DNA of 64,000 nucleotides, from IMG/VR virus record IMGVR_UViG_3300042309_001504, positions 58,443 to 122,442 of that record; one strand, written 5' to 3'. The position numbers were made by a program, and so were the translations under genes. Each line of letters begins with the position of its first letter. The stretch's first letter is position 1. Below are positions 19,875-29,744 of this stretch, piece by piece. Source of the DNA: a virus. Below the pieces are notes generated by a model. It was not told the DNA's origin. It searched no databases and saw only the letters and a list, made by a program, of their open reading frames with translations.

Positions 19875-20543
19875 TTATAATTTTTGAAAATATGCGTGAT
19901 ATACATTACTAAACGTAGGCTTGATACAAAAAGTATTAAGTTTTTCTTTTTTATCTGCTAAAAATTCATTTGTCGCTTGTTTTGCTCCAGGAAACTGATT
20001 ATAATCATAATCATCTATAACACATATCGCCCCGCTAACTAATCTTGGATATATATGTTCTAAAGGAATTTTTATAGAATCATAAAGATCCCCATCTAGA
20101 TGAGCATAACAAATTTTATTTGGTAAATTAGTTGGAATAGTTTCATTAAACCATCCAGCAAATATTTGCTTCTTAATATTAAAAATAGATAAATTATTAA
20201 TTAAGATATCTTGTGTGGTCGCAAAATCTCCACGTTTATGAACTGTTGTGTGAGGCTGGTCGTTTTCATGAAATTCTGGTAGTCCACTAAAAGAGTCATA
20301 TAAATATAGTGTTTTATCTACACCACAGTCTTCTAAAACAGCAGCCAATATTTGTGTTGAATTACCAACAAAACATCCACATTCTACTATATCTCCATCA
20401 ATATTCTTATCTAAAACACGAGATAGTAAATGATAGTGATTTAATTTTCTAATAGGACACATTATACCAGTATTTTTAGCTAAAATGTTTGTAATTTTAT
20501 TATTCATTCTTTTGTATCCGATAATGGTCCACCAGTTATCCAA
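19875..20543 (-). CDS. TylF/MycF-family O-methyltransferase
   Basis: GDIVECG, YDSFSGLP, GWFNETIP, AHLDGDLYDS, IDDY. Confidence 0.9.
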   Translation of the reverse strand: MDNWWTIIGYKRMNNKITNILAKNTGIMCPIRKLNHYHLLSRVLDKNIDGDIVECGCFVGNSTQILAAVLEDCGVDKTLYLYDSFSGLPEFHENDQPHTTVHKRGDFATTQDILINNLSIFNIKKQIFAGWFNETIPTNLPNKICYAHLDGDLYDSIKIPLEHIYPRLVSGAICVIDDYDYNQFPGAKQATNEFLADKKEKLNTFCIKPTFSNVYHAYFQKL

Positions 20544-20683
20544 GCATCACACGTTCTGTCTTTTGCGCACTTAAAATCAAACGATTCTTTTAGAAGTTCT
20601 ATTACTTGATTAGTAGAATATCCTTCAACTTGTTGAGCTTGAGCCTTTATTTGATTTTCAATTAATTCTTTGATCGTTTTCAT
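20504..20683 (-). CDS. Short hypothetical protein, possibly a deletion-fusion remnant
   Basis: MKTIKELIE... joined to FDFKCAKDRTCDAWITGGP. Confidence 0.4.
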   Translation of the reverse strand: MKTIKELIENQIKAQAQQVEGYSTNQVIELLKESFDFKCAKDRTCDAWITGGPLSDTKE

Positions 20684-20699
20684 AATATCTCCATTTAAT

Positions 20700-21224
20700 T
20701 TACCAGCTTTTACAAGCCCAATATCTTGCTTTCCATTTTGGCCCAGGATTATCACAATTATGTCTTGCTCTAAAACTTTTACGACGCTCAGGAATGTTCT
20801 TTTTAATTTTCATATTAGGATCACCGAAATTTACTTTTACAACATTACCTTTATCGTTTTTAACATAAACACTAAATTTTTTAGGACCATCTGGTGTTCG
20901 GAATGGTTTGTTTAGTGTTACTTTTCTTCCTCCTTTTTCAGCAGCGATAGCTATTCCATCTTCTGAATATATAGTAATATCTGCTGCTAGATCAACCTCG
21001 AATACAAATTCATCCCAATCATCATCCCAAGAACAATTAGATGCTAAAAGATTATATTGAACTTCTTCTAAAATATTAAAATCACCTTTTGTTCTTGTTT
21101 GACCCAAACATATTGCTACTCTTTGTTTTGTGTCAGGATATTCCTTTTTCATGGTTTCGTTACCCATGCAACGAGAAACGAAGGTGTCTTTTGGTTCTCC
21201 TTGTTTGCGATTAGGAATTGGCAT
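20700..21224 (-). CDS. Phage protein with DUF6321-like C-terminal domain
   Basis: LNKPFRTPDGPKKFSVYV...FGDPNM...RRKSFRARHNC...ARYWACKSW. Confidence 0.7.
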   Translation of the reverse strand: MPIPNRKQGEPKDTFVSRCMGNETMKKEYPDTKQRVAICLGQTRTKGDFNILEEVQYNLLASNCSWDDDWDEFVFEVDLAADITIYSEDGIAIAAEKGGRKVTLNKPFRTPDGPKKFSVYVKNDKGNVVKVNFGDPNMKIKKNIPERRKSFRARHNCDNPGPKWKARYWACKSW

Positions 21225-22293
21225 ATAAACTATCTCCTATAATTTTGGCAGTATTTTGCCAAGTATACGATTTTGAGGTTTCTAATCCTTTGGGATTATT
21301 TCTAATATCTTTGGAATACACCAATCTCATGTACTCGACCATTTGTTCAATTTGTTTTTTACCTAAAAATGCCCATTCTCCATTTCCAGTAAAAAATTTA
21401 TCGTCTTTAGCAGCACATAATTGATCGATATCTATTAGATAACTATTTTCTGCGGTACAGTATTCTGTATGGGCGGAATAGTTTGTAGTTATAATTGGCT
21501 TATTCATAGCCATAACTTCTAATATTTCATTATTCCATCCTTCTGCTCTTGCTGGAAAAATACCACAATCTGATAAATTAATAATTTGAGCTAAATCTTG
21601 ATGTGTTTTTTGTCTAGGCAATATTTTTATTTTTGAACCAAGTTTACTCTGAGTATATAAATTTTCCCAAATTTTTATTTCTGCACTAGATAGAAAAAAA
21701 TTATGATTTAACATCCATAGTTCAACATTATCTGTTTCATTAAATGCTGCATTAAACGCTTCTACTAAAATATCATGTCCTTTTCTTATTTCCCATTTAC
21801 CAATATTAATAAATACATATTTATTTGGGTCTTTGTTTGTTGATAGTGTGCTTTTAAAAATTTCACTATTTACGGCTAATGGACTCACAACTATAGGAAT
21901 AGTAATATTATTATTTTCTAATACTGTTTTTCCCCATTTACTAGCCACAAACACAACATCCAGATTATTAATCATATTGATTTCTTGTTTATTTAATTTA
22001 TTTAATTCAAAAAATATTAATGATCCATATTTACCGCTTCCAATTCTATGAGCTAGATCATATTGGTGCCATATTTTTAAACATGGATTATTTTTATCCC
22101 AATTAGTGGATGTGTCCTGTAGCATTCTAATTATTTCTTGTCTATCATTTTCTGAATCTACATCAGCATTACCTATTGGAAATAAATGAATATTGTATCC
22201 GTTTTGTTGTAGTCCGCGAAAAATATTATATGAAGATATGCCATATCCTGTACTACTAGTGATTGGACAGTGCAAATTTATTGTTTTATTCAT
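21211..22293 (-). CDS. GT4-family glycosyltransferase
   Basis: TGYG, IGKWEIRKGHD, PARAEGWNNEILEVMA (Ex7E). Confidence 0.9.
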   Translation of the reverse strand: MNKTINLHCPITSSTGYGISSYNIFRGLQQNGYNIHLFPIGNADVDSENDRQEIIRMLQDTSTNWDKNNPCLKIWHQYDLAHRIGSGKYGSLIFFELNKLNKQEINMINNLDVVFVASKWGKTVLENNNITIPIVVSPLAVNSEIFKSTLSTNKDPNKYVFINIGKWEIRKGHDILVEAFNAAFNETDNVELWMLNHNFFLSSAEIKIWENLYTQSKLGSKIKILPRQKTHQDLAQIINLSDCGIFPARAEGWNNEILEVMAMNKPIITTNYSAHTEYCTAENSYLIDIDQLCAAKDDKFFTGNGEWAFLGKKQIEQMVEYMRLVYSKDIRNNPKGLETSKSYTWQNTAKIIGDSLYANS

Positions 22294-23426
22294 TTTTCGT
22301 ATATCCTATTATGAGTATTATTAACCAGTATAAATGTTGTTTTCTTGCCAAAATCTTTTATAGATTCGGCTCCGATATAAGTACATGCACTTCGTAATCC
22401 TCCTAAAATATCTTTTATTGTATCTTCTGTGCTACCTTTATATGGAATTGTGACACATCTGCCTTCGCTGGTTCGATAGTCTGCTACGCCACCATTATGT
22501 TTATTCATAGCCTCTTTACTGCTCATACCGTAAAACTTCAAAGATTTTTTCCTTTTTTCTGGTGGATGATAGCCAGGATCATTTGCTTGCCACCATTCCT
22601 GAATCACTTTTCTATTATTCCCTATTATAGCACAACGATATTCATATTCCCATTCTCCTTCGCAACAGTCTGTACCAGCAAGCATACTGCCAAGCATAAC
22701 AAAATCGCTGTTGGCACCAAATGCTTTACAAATATCTCCAACAATTTTACATCCTCCATCACTACACACATGACCTCCCAATCCATGAGCAGCATCGGCA
22801 CATTCCATGATAGCGCTCAGTTGAGGATATCCTACACCGGTTTTTAATCTGGTGGTACACACACTACCCGAACCTATACCAACCTTCACTATATCTGCAC
22901 CACCATGTAATAATAATTCCTCTACCATTTCTGGCGTTACGACATTACCGGCCATAATAATTGATTCTGGATATTGATTCCTGATATGATGTACGGCTTT
23001 CACAAACTTTTCGCTATATCCATTAGCAACATCAATACAAAAATTTGGTGGTTTAAAACCTAAATTTTGCAAACCAAAACAGACTTGATTTAATTTGTCA
23101 AGATCAACTTTATTAATGCCTGTGGAGTAAAATATATAATCTCGATTGGATAAACTAATAAAATATTTTATAAATTCTTCTACAGAATAATGTTTATGTA
23201 AACATGTGATACACTGTGATTCATTTAGTTTATTTGCCATATCAAATGAACCAGTTGTATCCATATTGGCTGCACATATTGGAATACATGATAATGATCT
23301 TGTAGAATGTAAAAATTTAAAAGATCTAATTAATGATACATCTGATCGACTTCCAAGTTTTGATCTTTTGGGCCTAATTAGCACATCATCAAAATCTAAT
23401 TTGGTGTCATTGATAATTTTTTGCAT
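22290..23426 (-). CDS. guaC: GMP reductase
   Basis: LDFDDVLIRPKRS, AANMDTTG, DVANGYSE, KVGIGSGSVCTTR, FYGMSS, YRTSEG. Confidence 0.95.
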   Translation of the reverse strand: MQKIINDTKLDFDDVLIRPKRSKLGSRSDVSLIRSFKFLHSTRSLSCIPICAANMDTTGSFDMANKLNESQCITCLHKHYSVEEFIKYFISLSNRDYIFYSTGINKVDLDKLNQVCFGLQNLGFKPPNFCIDVANGYSEKFVKAVHHIRNQYPESIIMAGNVVTPEMVEELLLHGGADIVKVGIGSGSVCTTRLKTGVGYPQLSAIMECADAAHGLGGHVCSDGGCKIVGDICKAFGANSDFVMLGSMLAGTDCCEGEWEYEYRCAIIGNNRKVIQEWWQANDPGYHPPEKRKKSLKFYGMSSKEAMNKHNGGVADYRTSEGRCVTIPYKGSTEDTIKDILGGLRSACTYIGAESIKDFGKKTTFILVNNTHNRIYEK

Positions 23427-23428
23427 AT

Positions 23429-23959
23429 CTAAATTATACCGAGATCCTTTCTAATATTTTTAATTTTCGAAACATTGAAATTAATATAAATTGACGTTAA
23501 TGATGTTTGATTTATTGGATAGGATATATCTTGATATTGTTGATTTAATAGTATAAACTGTCCATAATCTATATTAACTGGTTTGAAACCATCTTGATTA
23601 AACCAAAATGTATTAGTGTCAAACATTGGTGTTATTGGTAATATAACAGTCAACTGATCATTATCTATGTTCTGATTAGAATATATATTTTTTATTCGAT
23701 TTTTAGGAGTATTGATATAAATTTTTGGTATAATAGTAAAATATATTCTACGAACAGTAATAATTGGTTTTATAATATTTTTAATAAATTGTTTATAAAG
23801 ATACGCAAAAGATGAACAGTAATAACTATTTAATAGATCAATATTTTGAGTCATATGTATATATGGTAAAATATTTTCTTGTATACCAATATTATTAGAT
23901 AAGGTTGTTGCAAAAGGGAAAGTGTCTGTACTATAGTGGAAAATATTATTCGCTATCAT
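23429..23959 (-). CDS. Hypothetical protein, degenerate 2OG-Fe(II)/double-stranded beta-helix-like
   Basis: LPITPMFDTNTFW...YGQF resembles a phage oxygenase family; His ligands absent. Confidence 0.4.
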   Translation of the reverse strand: MIANNIFHYSTDTFPFATTLSNNIGIQENILPYIHMTQNIDLLNSYYCSSFAYLYKQFIKNIIKPIITVRRIYFTIIPKIYINTPKNRIKNIYSNQNIDNDQLTVILPITPMFDTNTFWFNQDGFKPVNIDYGQFILLNQQYQDISYPINQTSLTSIYINFNVSKIKNIRKDLGII

Positions 23960-25037
23960 TAATAAAATTTAATCCAATAATTTTCTTGATTGCTGTGAGC
24001 CACATATATTCATATAAGATATTATCAGATATGTTATGTATATTTGAGTTTACCTTATGAAAAAATCCAGAAATAGTTTCGGCATGGAATAGATGCTCAC
24101 TTCCTAAATACATAACCTTTTTATTGTTTGAGATATATCTTAAACATAAGTCAATATCTTGCATTGTATGAGACATACTAATATTTAGACCACCAACATC
24201 AATAAAATCTTTAATATTTGTAATATGTATAGCACCAGTTACTGAATGTGTTGCCGTATCCTGAGATGCTAAAAATGTATTATTTTCATCAAATCTATAT
24301 GCGTGAAAAGGTTTCAAACAATGAGATTTAGGTTTTATATAGGATTGATGCGGTAGAAAAACCATTCCTCCATGCTGAATAGTTAAAAAATATTTACTAA
24401 TTTGTCCTATGATATGATTATAGTTACCACACGCCATAGAATAGTCTTGTTCACTTGGATAAATTAATTTTGACCCAGATAAATTAGAATTATATTTTGA
24501 ATGCTTTTCTAATAAATTATTCAAAGTATCTGGTGTAGACGGCCATAAATCATTATTCCAAAAAATAACATTATTTTTTTGATACTTAATAGCATAAGTA
24601 ACTGCAAAATTATTCAGATTTGAATAATGAAAAATATTTTGATTATTATTAATTTTTAAATATGATGTATTATATTTTTGAGCTAGTTCTAAAATAGAAT
24701 CATCTTTTGATCTATCATCAACAATTAGAACATCTGCTAATTCAAATACATTGTTAATTAATAATTTATTCAGAGTATAATTTAATAAATCTCCCAAATC
24801 TTTTGTACATATAACTACGATATTCTTTTTATGTGTAGTAAAACAAGAATTTTTTAATTCTATATTATAGACTATATTTAGTGGATTAATATTTATTTGA
24901 TTATTTGTTATGGATGCAAATGCTGAAGAAATTTCAATAGAATTTTTTTTATATGTATCAAAATTAAAATGGTTTAGACACAAATCAAATGGAAAATTTA
25001 TATATTTAGTAGGAATCATATTTGAAAAAAATACCAT
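23946..25037 (-). CDS. GT2-family glycosyltransferase
   Basis: LIVDDRS, FWNNDL, SVTGA, QDIDLCLR, FHAE. Confidence 0.85.
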   Translation of the reverse strand: MVFFSNMIPTKYINFPFDLCLNHFNFDTYKKNSIEISSAFASITNNQININPLNIVYNIELKNSCFTTHKKNIVVICTKDLGDLLNYTLNKLLINNVFELADVLIVDDRSKDDSILELAQKYNTSYLKINNNQNIFHYSNLNNFAVTYAIKYQKNNVIFWNNDLWPSTPDTLNNLLEKHSKYNSNLSGSKLIYPSEQDYSMACGNYNHIIGQISKYFLTIQHGGMVFLPHQSYIKPKSHCLKPFHAYRFDENNTFLASQDTATHSVTGAIHITNIKDFIDVGGLNISMSHTMQDIDLCLRYISNNKKVMYLGSEHLFHAETISGFFHKVNSNIHNISDNILYEYMWLTAIKKIIGLNFINDSE

Positions 25038-25546
25038 CTGTTATAGGAATCAAAACTATCACTAATGTTTACGTGTTCCAAATAGTTTATTACTTCATGC
25101 CATTCAGAAAAAATCATTTGATGAGGAATGGTTCCAAATAACCAATCTGGCGTTTCACTTTTACCTTGTGCTATTCTCATAACTATTGGTTTTTTTTGAC
25201 GATTGGCTAAAAAGATTTCTTCCATAGTACCACAAGGATATATGTCTAGATCTAAATTCACAATTAAAAAATCACTAATATCAACCATTCTTAAATCGAC
25301 ATTTCTGATTTCTTTCATGACTGCCGTTAAGGCATCATAATTTTTTAGAGATTTTAATTTTTGTTTATATTTTCTCGAATCCTCATCTTCTTTTGCTATA
25401 TTTATTGGCTTAGAAATAGGATTTAATACACTAACGCCCATTTTTGTAAGTATAGGAGTTAATTGTGTTCTCCATGTTTGACCATTGTTCGGACAACGAT
25501 CCATTGGACCAGCAAGATATACTCTCTGATTTAATAGTCTATTCAT
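25016..25546 (-). CDS. Nucleoside 2-deoxyribosyltransferase-like protein
   Basis: VYLAGPM, WR, LNP, DLRMVDISD, GTMEEI. Confidence 0.8.
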   Translation of the reverse strand: MNRLLNQRVYLAGPMDRCPNNGQTWRTQLTPILTKMGVSVLNPISKPINIAKEDEDSRKYKQKLKSLKNYDALTAVMKEIRNVDLRMVDISDFLIVNLDLDIYPCGTMEEIFLANRQKKPIVMRIAQGKSETPDWLFGTIPHQMIFSEWHEVINYLEHVNISDSFDSYNRWYFFQI

Positions 25547-25549
25547 ATT

Positions 25550-25624
25550 TTAATTTAATAATGATTTATATATTTGATAAAGTACTGTAACTATTATGAT
25601 AAGACCAAAATTAATTTCTTCCAT
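25550..25624 (-). CDS. Putative 24-aa membrane peptide
   Basis: MEEINFGLIIIVTVLYQIYKSLLN exactly fills the intergenic gap. Confidence 0.35.
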   Translation of the reverse strand: MEEINFGLIIIVTVLYQIYKSLLN

Positions 25625-25625
25625 T

Positions 25626-26324
25626 TTAATTTATATTTAAGCATCCTTCTTTGCTTTGAGTCGTTGAACCAAATGCATGATTATGATTTACTATATCATC
25701 TTTAAGGGCTAAGATATTTATCTTGTCTTGATTTCTAGAAATAGTACTATCTATTTGTATTGATAATGGAAAAACATAATCTAAAATTTTTTGTGCTCCT
25801 TCTGGAGTAACTATCATTCCAAATGTACCAAACATAAAACCTCCTGGCTTGCATAATCTATTAGTTATTAGGTTTGATTTGTTAAGAGAAGAGAGTTTAT
25901 GTAATCCCAGATACAGGATATCATATGGTATATTATTAATTAGTATTTCGTCAAGAACTAATTTTAGCATATCATCGAAGTTATTATTTATGGTAATGTC
26001 GTCTTCAAAAATTAAAAATGGTTTGTCAGCTAAACTACATTCTTTATAAATCAAATAATGAGACAATGCACAACCTAATGAGCCATAGGTTAATGAAACA
26101 CCATAATGTTTTTGTGTTTTTTGAGATACGTCTTCTTTTCCTATGGATGTTATAATCTTTGGATTAATTAATCTAATATCTATATTTTGACCAACAACTG
26201 CTTCAAATTTTTCTAAACAATTTTTTAGATTAGACCTCTTAAATATTTTTAATATATGAGACTGCCTGCCAATACTATTTGGCATAGAAATATAATAAAC
26301 TTTGTCAAAATAAGAACACAACAT
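25626..26324 (-). CDS. GT25-family glycosyltransferase
   Basis: YYISM...R, FEAV, GCALSH, IFEDD, QID. Confidence 0.9.
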   Translation of the reverse strand: MLCSYFDKVYYISMPNSIGRQSHILKIFKRSNLKNCLEKFEAVVGQNIDIRLINPKIITSIGKEDVSQKTQKHYGVSLTYGSLGCALSHYLIYKECSLADKPFLIFEDDITINNNFDDMLKLVLDEILINNIPYDILYLGLHKLSSLNKSNLITNRLCKPGGFMFGTFGMIVTPEGAQKILDYVFPLSIQIDSTISRNQDKINILALKDDIVNHNHAFGSTTQSKEGCLNIN

Positions 26325-26325
26325 T

Positions 26326-26655
26326 TTATGTTAATGCGTTATACTCAGATATAATATCAAAAACATTTTTACGAATATTAATTCTTTCTTCTGTCGTATA
26401 TCCTATATCGAACATAGAAGATTTGTCTTTATCTATATTAAATCCGTAATATATCTTTTCGCATATAGTATCTATTGTTTTAGCATCTATTTTTTTCTTT
26501 GTAAAAGAAGACATTAATTGTGTTAAAAGTTGAGACGCTGTTTTATCATTATAAATATTACAGCATCTTAGTCTTAACCAATTTAAATGTCTTAATATTT
26601 TAGTATTATCAATGCGATCCATAATAAACTTGAACGTTATAGTTAGCCCACGCAT
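26326..26655 (-). CDS. Hypothetical protein
   Basis: ORF within the operon; likely start MDRIDN. Confidence 0.5.
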   Translation of the reverse strand: MRGLTITFKFIMDRIDNTKILRHLNWLRLRCCNIYNDKTASQLLTQLMSSFTKKKIDAKTIDTICEKIYYGFNIDKDKSSMFDIGYTTEERINIRKNVFDIISEYNALT

Positions 26656-27169
26656 CCTCTATGAGTTTTTCTATAAAATTCCATTCTCCTCCAGATTTGC
26701 CACAACCAAATTTAGTAGTAATAATATTTATATCATCCAACTCATTTTTTCTATTCTTATTTAAGTATGAGCATACTGATTCCATAGTTTTTGACAAAGC
26801 TATATAGTCTAACGATCTATAATTTTTAGAATGTTTTTTACATATCATATTTGCAAAAATAATTTTACCAAAATTTTTACCATTAACATTTGGTATTTCT
26901 ACAAACTGAACTGTTCCATAATTTTTAGGACCACTAAGACAATACATATCTAGATTTATTTTGAGCTGTGGTAATAGGTCAAAAATAGTATGAGCAAATT
27001 TAGAATCATCTCTGGAATCTAGACTATAGCATTCTGGAATTAAAAAATTAGAAGTAACAGATGATCTATTATTAATTGTAGTATCAATAACTGATACTAT
27101 ATCTCCCTTAATATAAGATATATTTTTGGGTTTTGATAGATGATATTTTTTATACAATGGCGTTGTCAT
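26609..27169 (-). CDS. Macrodomain-like protein (divergent)
   Basis: YIKGDI, FANM, DYIAL, KFGCGKSGGEWNFIEKLI. Confidence 0.75.
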   Translation of the reverse strand: MTTPLYKKYHLSKPKNISYIKGDIVSVIDTTINNRSSVTSNFLIPECYSLDSRDDSKFAHTIFDLLPQLKINLDMYCLSGPKNYGTVQFVEIPNVNGKNFGKIIFANMICKKHSKNYRSLDYIALSKTMESVCSYLNKNRKNELDDINIITTKFGCGKSGGEWNFIEKLIEDAWANYNVQVYYGSH

Positions 27170-27186
27170 GTGTCCTCCATGAAACT

Positions 27187-27214
27187 ATTGTATAGCCTAA
27201 TCGTCTCAGGTCAA
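27187..27214 (-). promoter_or_regulatory. Sigma70-type promoter
   Basis: TTGACC-TGAGACGATTAGGCTA(16)-TACAAT, then GGAGG RBS. Confidence 0.7.
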
Positions 27215-27868
27215 TACCGAATATGCTTGTAGGAATTCTTCATAACTGTTGAATGGTTGATATCCTAATAGATTTTCGGTAGTCCAATCTATATTATCAT
27301 TAATAGTATTGAACACATCTTCATTGATAGACAAAAAATGATTTTTAGGTCTTTTAAACATTATCTTGTGTGGATAAGATACTATATGAAATTGTGATGA
27401 TATATTATGTTTGATATAAATTGTATTTTTGAGACTTAAAAAATTTTCAAATTGTAGTAGATATTTTTGATAAAATCTTAAATCATATAAATATTTTAGT
27501 TTATTGGATCTTAGTTCAAAAATATTTTTGTATCTTTGTCCATTATTCCAATTTCTGTCTTCATAAATTTCATTATTTGTAAATTCTATTTTTGACCACC
27601 ACTCATGTAATAAAAATTGTTTTAAATCTTTGTATGCAAAACCACAATGATGAGGTCTTTTGAATATTGCTACAAGCCAATCGTAAGGATTTCTTGTTAT
27701 ACAAAAAAATATTGTATCGTCTATGCTCTGATCTTCTAGATGTAATGGCGTAAAAAAATGTTTATGTCCAAACTGTTCAGTATATGGTAAATTAAAACTT
27801 TGAGTAATAAAATTCTGTAAAAAGTTTGTTCCAGTATGTCTTTCGCCATATATAGTAAATTGATTCAT
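27206..27868 (-). CDS. Sulfotransferase-like protein
   Basis: YGERHTGTNFL (5'-PSB), RNPYDWL (3'-PB). Confidence 0.75.
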   Translation of the reverse strand: MNQFTIYGERHTGTNFLQNFITQSFNLPYTEQFGHKHFFTPLHLEDQSIDDTIFFCITRNPYDWLVAIFKRPHHCGFAYKDLKQFLLHEWWSKIEFTNNEIYEDRNWNNGQRYKNIFELRSNKLKYLYDLRFYQKYLLQFENFLSLKNTIYIKHNISSQFHIVSYPHKIMFKRPKNHFLSINEDVFNTINDNIDWTTENLLGYQPFNSYEEFLQAYSVLT

Positions 27869-27887
27869 AATATAACTTAATATTATT

Positions 27888-28124
27888 TTACCATTTATTT
27901 AAAGGACATTTTTGATCAAGCCAAGCTAATTTATTCATAAATATTTTTTTATTATTAATATTACACCCACATTCTAAACATTGATTATTATGATATTTTG
28001 GACATTCTATACAAATATTATATCTAATATTAATTTGTTCTTGATTGGCTTTGGGCATACCGTATCCGATATGAAAAATTAAAGCTTTAATAAAATTAAT
28101 TATTTGTTTCATTTTTAATTTCAA
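27888..28124 (-). CDS. Small Cys-rich protein (DUF6171-like)
   Basis: RYNICIEC...QCLECGC...K...CPLNKW. Confidence 0.7.
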   Translation of the reverse strand: MKLKMKQIINFIKALIFHIGYGMPKANQEQINIRYNICIECPKYHNNQCLECGCNINNKKIFMNKLAWLDQKCPLNKW

Positions 28125-28341
28125 CTAATAGATTTTGTTCATTTTGATAAAAAATAAAAATTTGATCTACCATAGTATCATTATCTAACCATATAATATG
28201 TCCATTATTTAAATTAATACATAGTCTTTTGATATCATCTTTAGATTTTTTATAATCACTAGAAATTATATAACATAATTTATTATATAAAAATTTATTT
28301 CCATTTTGTAATTCTTCTAAATATTTCATTTTATTCCCCAT
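28096..28341 (-). CDS. Hypothetical protein
   Basis: 81-aa ORF within the operon. Confidence 0.5.
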   Translation of the reverse strand: MGNKMKYLEELQNGNKFLYNKLCYIISSDYKKSKDDIKRLCINLNNGHIIWLDNDTMVDQIFIFYQNEQNLLVEIKNETNN

Positions 28342-29078
28342 TTTTTATATCCCAATAAATCCCATTTGTTTAATAAATACTTTTCCGGTAATACTAGGTC
28401 GTATCTGTATCTATTGTATATAGAAGATTCTTTATAGTCTTTTTTAATAGATTCTATCATTAATTTTTTATATGATGCAATAGAAACATTTTCCTGTTTA
28501 CAGGATAAAAAAAAATCAACATGTTCGTGTCCGATTTTAATATTATTATCCCATTTGGGTATTTTATTTTTTTTAGCTAAAAAATGATTTAGGACAGCAT
28601 CGCAACCAAATATATCTCCATATGTATAATTTGACTGATAGCACGAAAGTATTCCGTTTGATATAGATATTTCATACGGTGGATTTGGACCAATAATATC
28701 GTAGTCAGACCTGCATAGTATATTATACATTTGTTTTAATATATTTGGATTTGGTGGCATATTGTCATCATCTGCTAAAAAAATATATTCAGTATTAGCT
28801 TCTAATATCGCAATATTTCTACCATAACTAAGTCCAACTATTTTATCTAAATATATATATTTAATGTTTTCTGTTAGTGATAGATTTGAATTTTTATGTT
28901 TTATTGGAGTATCATCAACCAAAATAATATTAATATTTGGATAATAAAGATTCCAAGTATTGATAATCTTTTGACAACATTCATATCTAATAAATGTTTT
29001 TAATAATATTGTAATATTACTATACCAAAATGGATATTCATTAAAAATTTCATCCCATGAATTTTGCATATTGTTCAT
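28326..29078 (-). CDS. GT2-family glycosyltransferase
   Basis: KTFIR, ILVDD, GLSYGRN, FLADDD, EHVDFF. Confidence 0.85.
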   Translation of the reverse strand: MNNMQNSWDEIFNEYPFWYSNITILLKTFIRYECCQKIINTWNLYYPNINIILVDDTPIKHKNSNLSLTENIKYIYLDKIVGLSYGRNIAILEANTEYIFLADDDNMPPNPNILKQMYNILCRSDYDIIGPNPPYEISISNGILSCYQSNYTYGDIFGCDAVLNHFLAKKNKIPKWDNNIKIGHEHVDFFLSCKQENVSIASYKKLMIESIKKDYKESSIYNRYRYDLVLPEKYLLNKWDLLGYKKWGIK

Positions 29079-29744
29079 TTATAAGAATAGTCCTAAGGAT
29101 AATGTTTGCATTTTAGTATTAATATATAAATCATAATCTTGTTTATATAATGTTTTAATTTTATCTATATTATTTTTATATAAATCTTTTTTAGAAAAAA
29201 TATATTTTGATGATCCGCTTTTATAGCTGTTATTTAACATAAAATTTAAATTATATTTATCGAATAGTTTATTAGATTGTTCAATAAAATTATCAAAACA
29301 TAATATATGAATATTATTTACATATTTTTTATTTATATAGTGATGTTGGTGTCCATATTGTCCAATAAATTTTGGTTTAATTTTATCTAATAAAATTGAT
29401 ATATTTTTATTAAAAGATTCTATATTATCATTATATCTATTATTGATTCCGTCATAATTGGCAAATGGCATATAGTATGTGCTTATAAATCTATCTAGTG
29501 GATTTCTAATAATTAAAAAAAAATTATAAGAATTCCATAAATTTGGATCATCTTTTAATAATAGATGCCATCTTGCTAGTTTGCTATTCTCACCATATAA
29601 ACATGAATATTTTGGATTTATATTTTTATGATACCATTTATCAAATCTGCCCCAATATATATTATTTTTTTGAGCAATATCTTCTATTGTTGTGCCGCCT
29701 GTTCTTGGAATATGAATAAATTTTAATTTTTTATCGTAAAGCAT
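29079..29744 (-). CDS. Sulfotransferase family 2 protein
   Basis: FIHIPRTGGTTI, RNPLDRFIS, YKQDYDL. Confidence 0.85.
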   Translation of the reverse strand: MLYDKKLKFIHIPRTGGTTIEDIAQKNNIYWGRFDKWYHKNINPKYSCLYGENSKLARWHLLLKDDPNLWNSYNFFLIIRNPLDRFISTYYMPFANYDGINNRYNDNIESFNKNISILLDKIKPKFIGQYGHQHHYINKKYVNNIHILCFDNFIEQSNKLFDKYNLNFMLNNSYKSGSSKYIFSKKDLYKNNIDKIKTLYKQDYDLYINTKMQTLSLGLFL

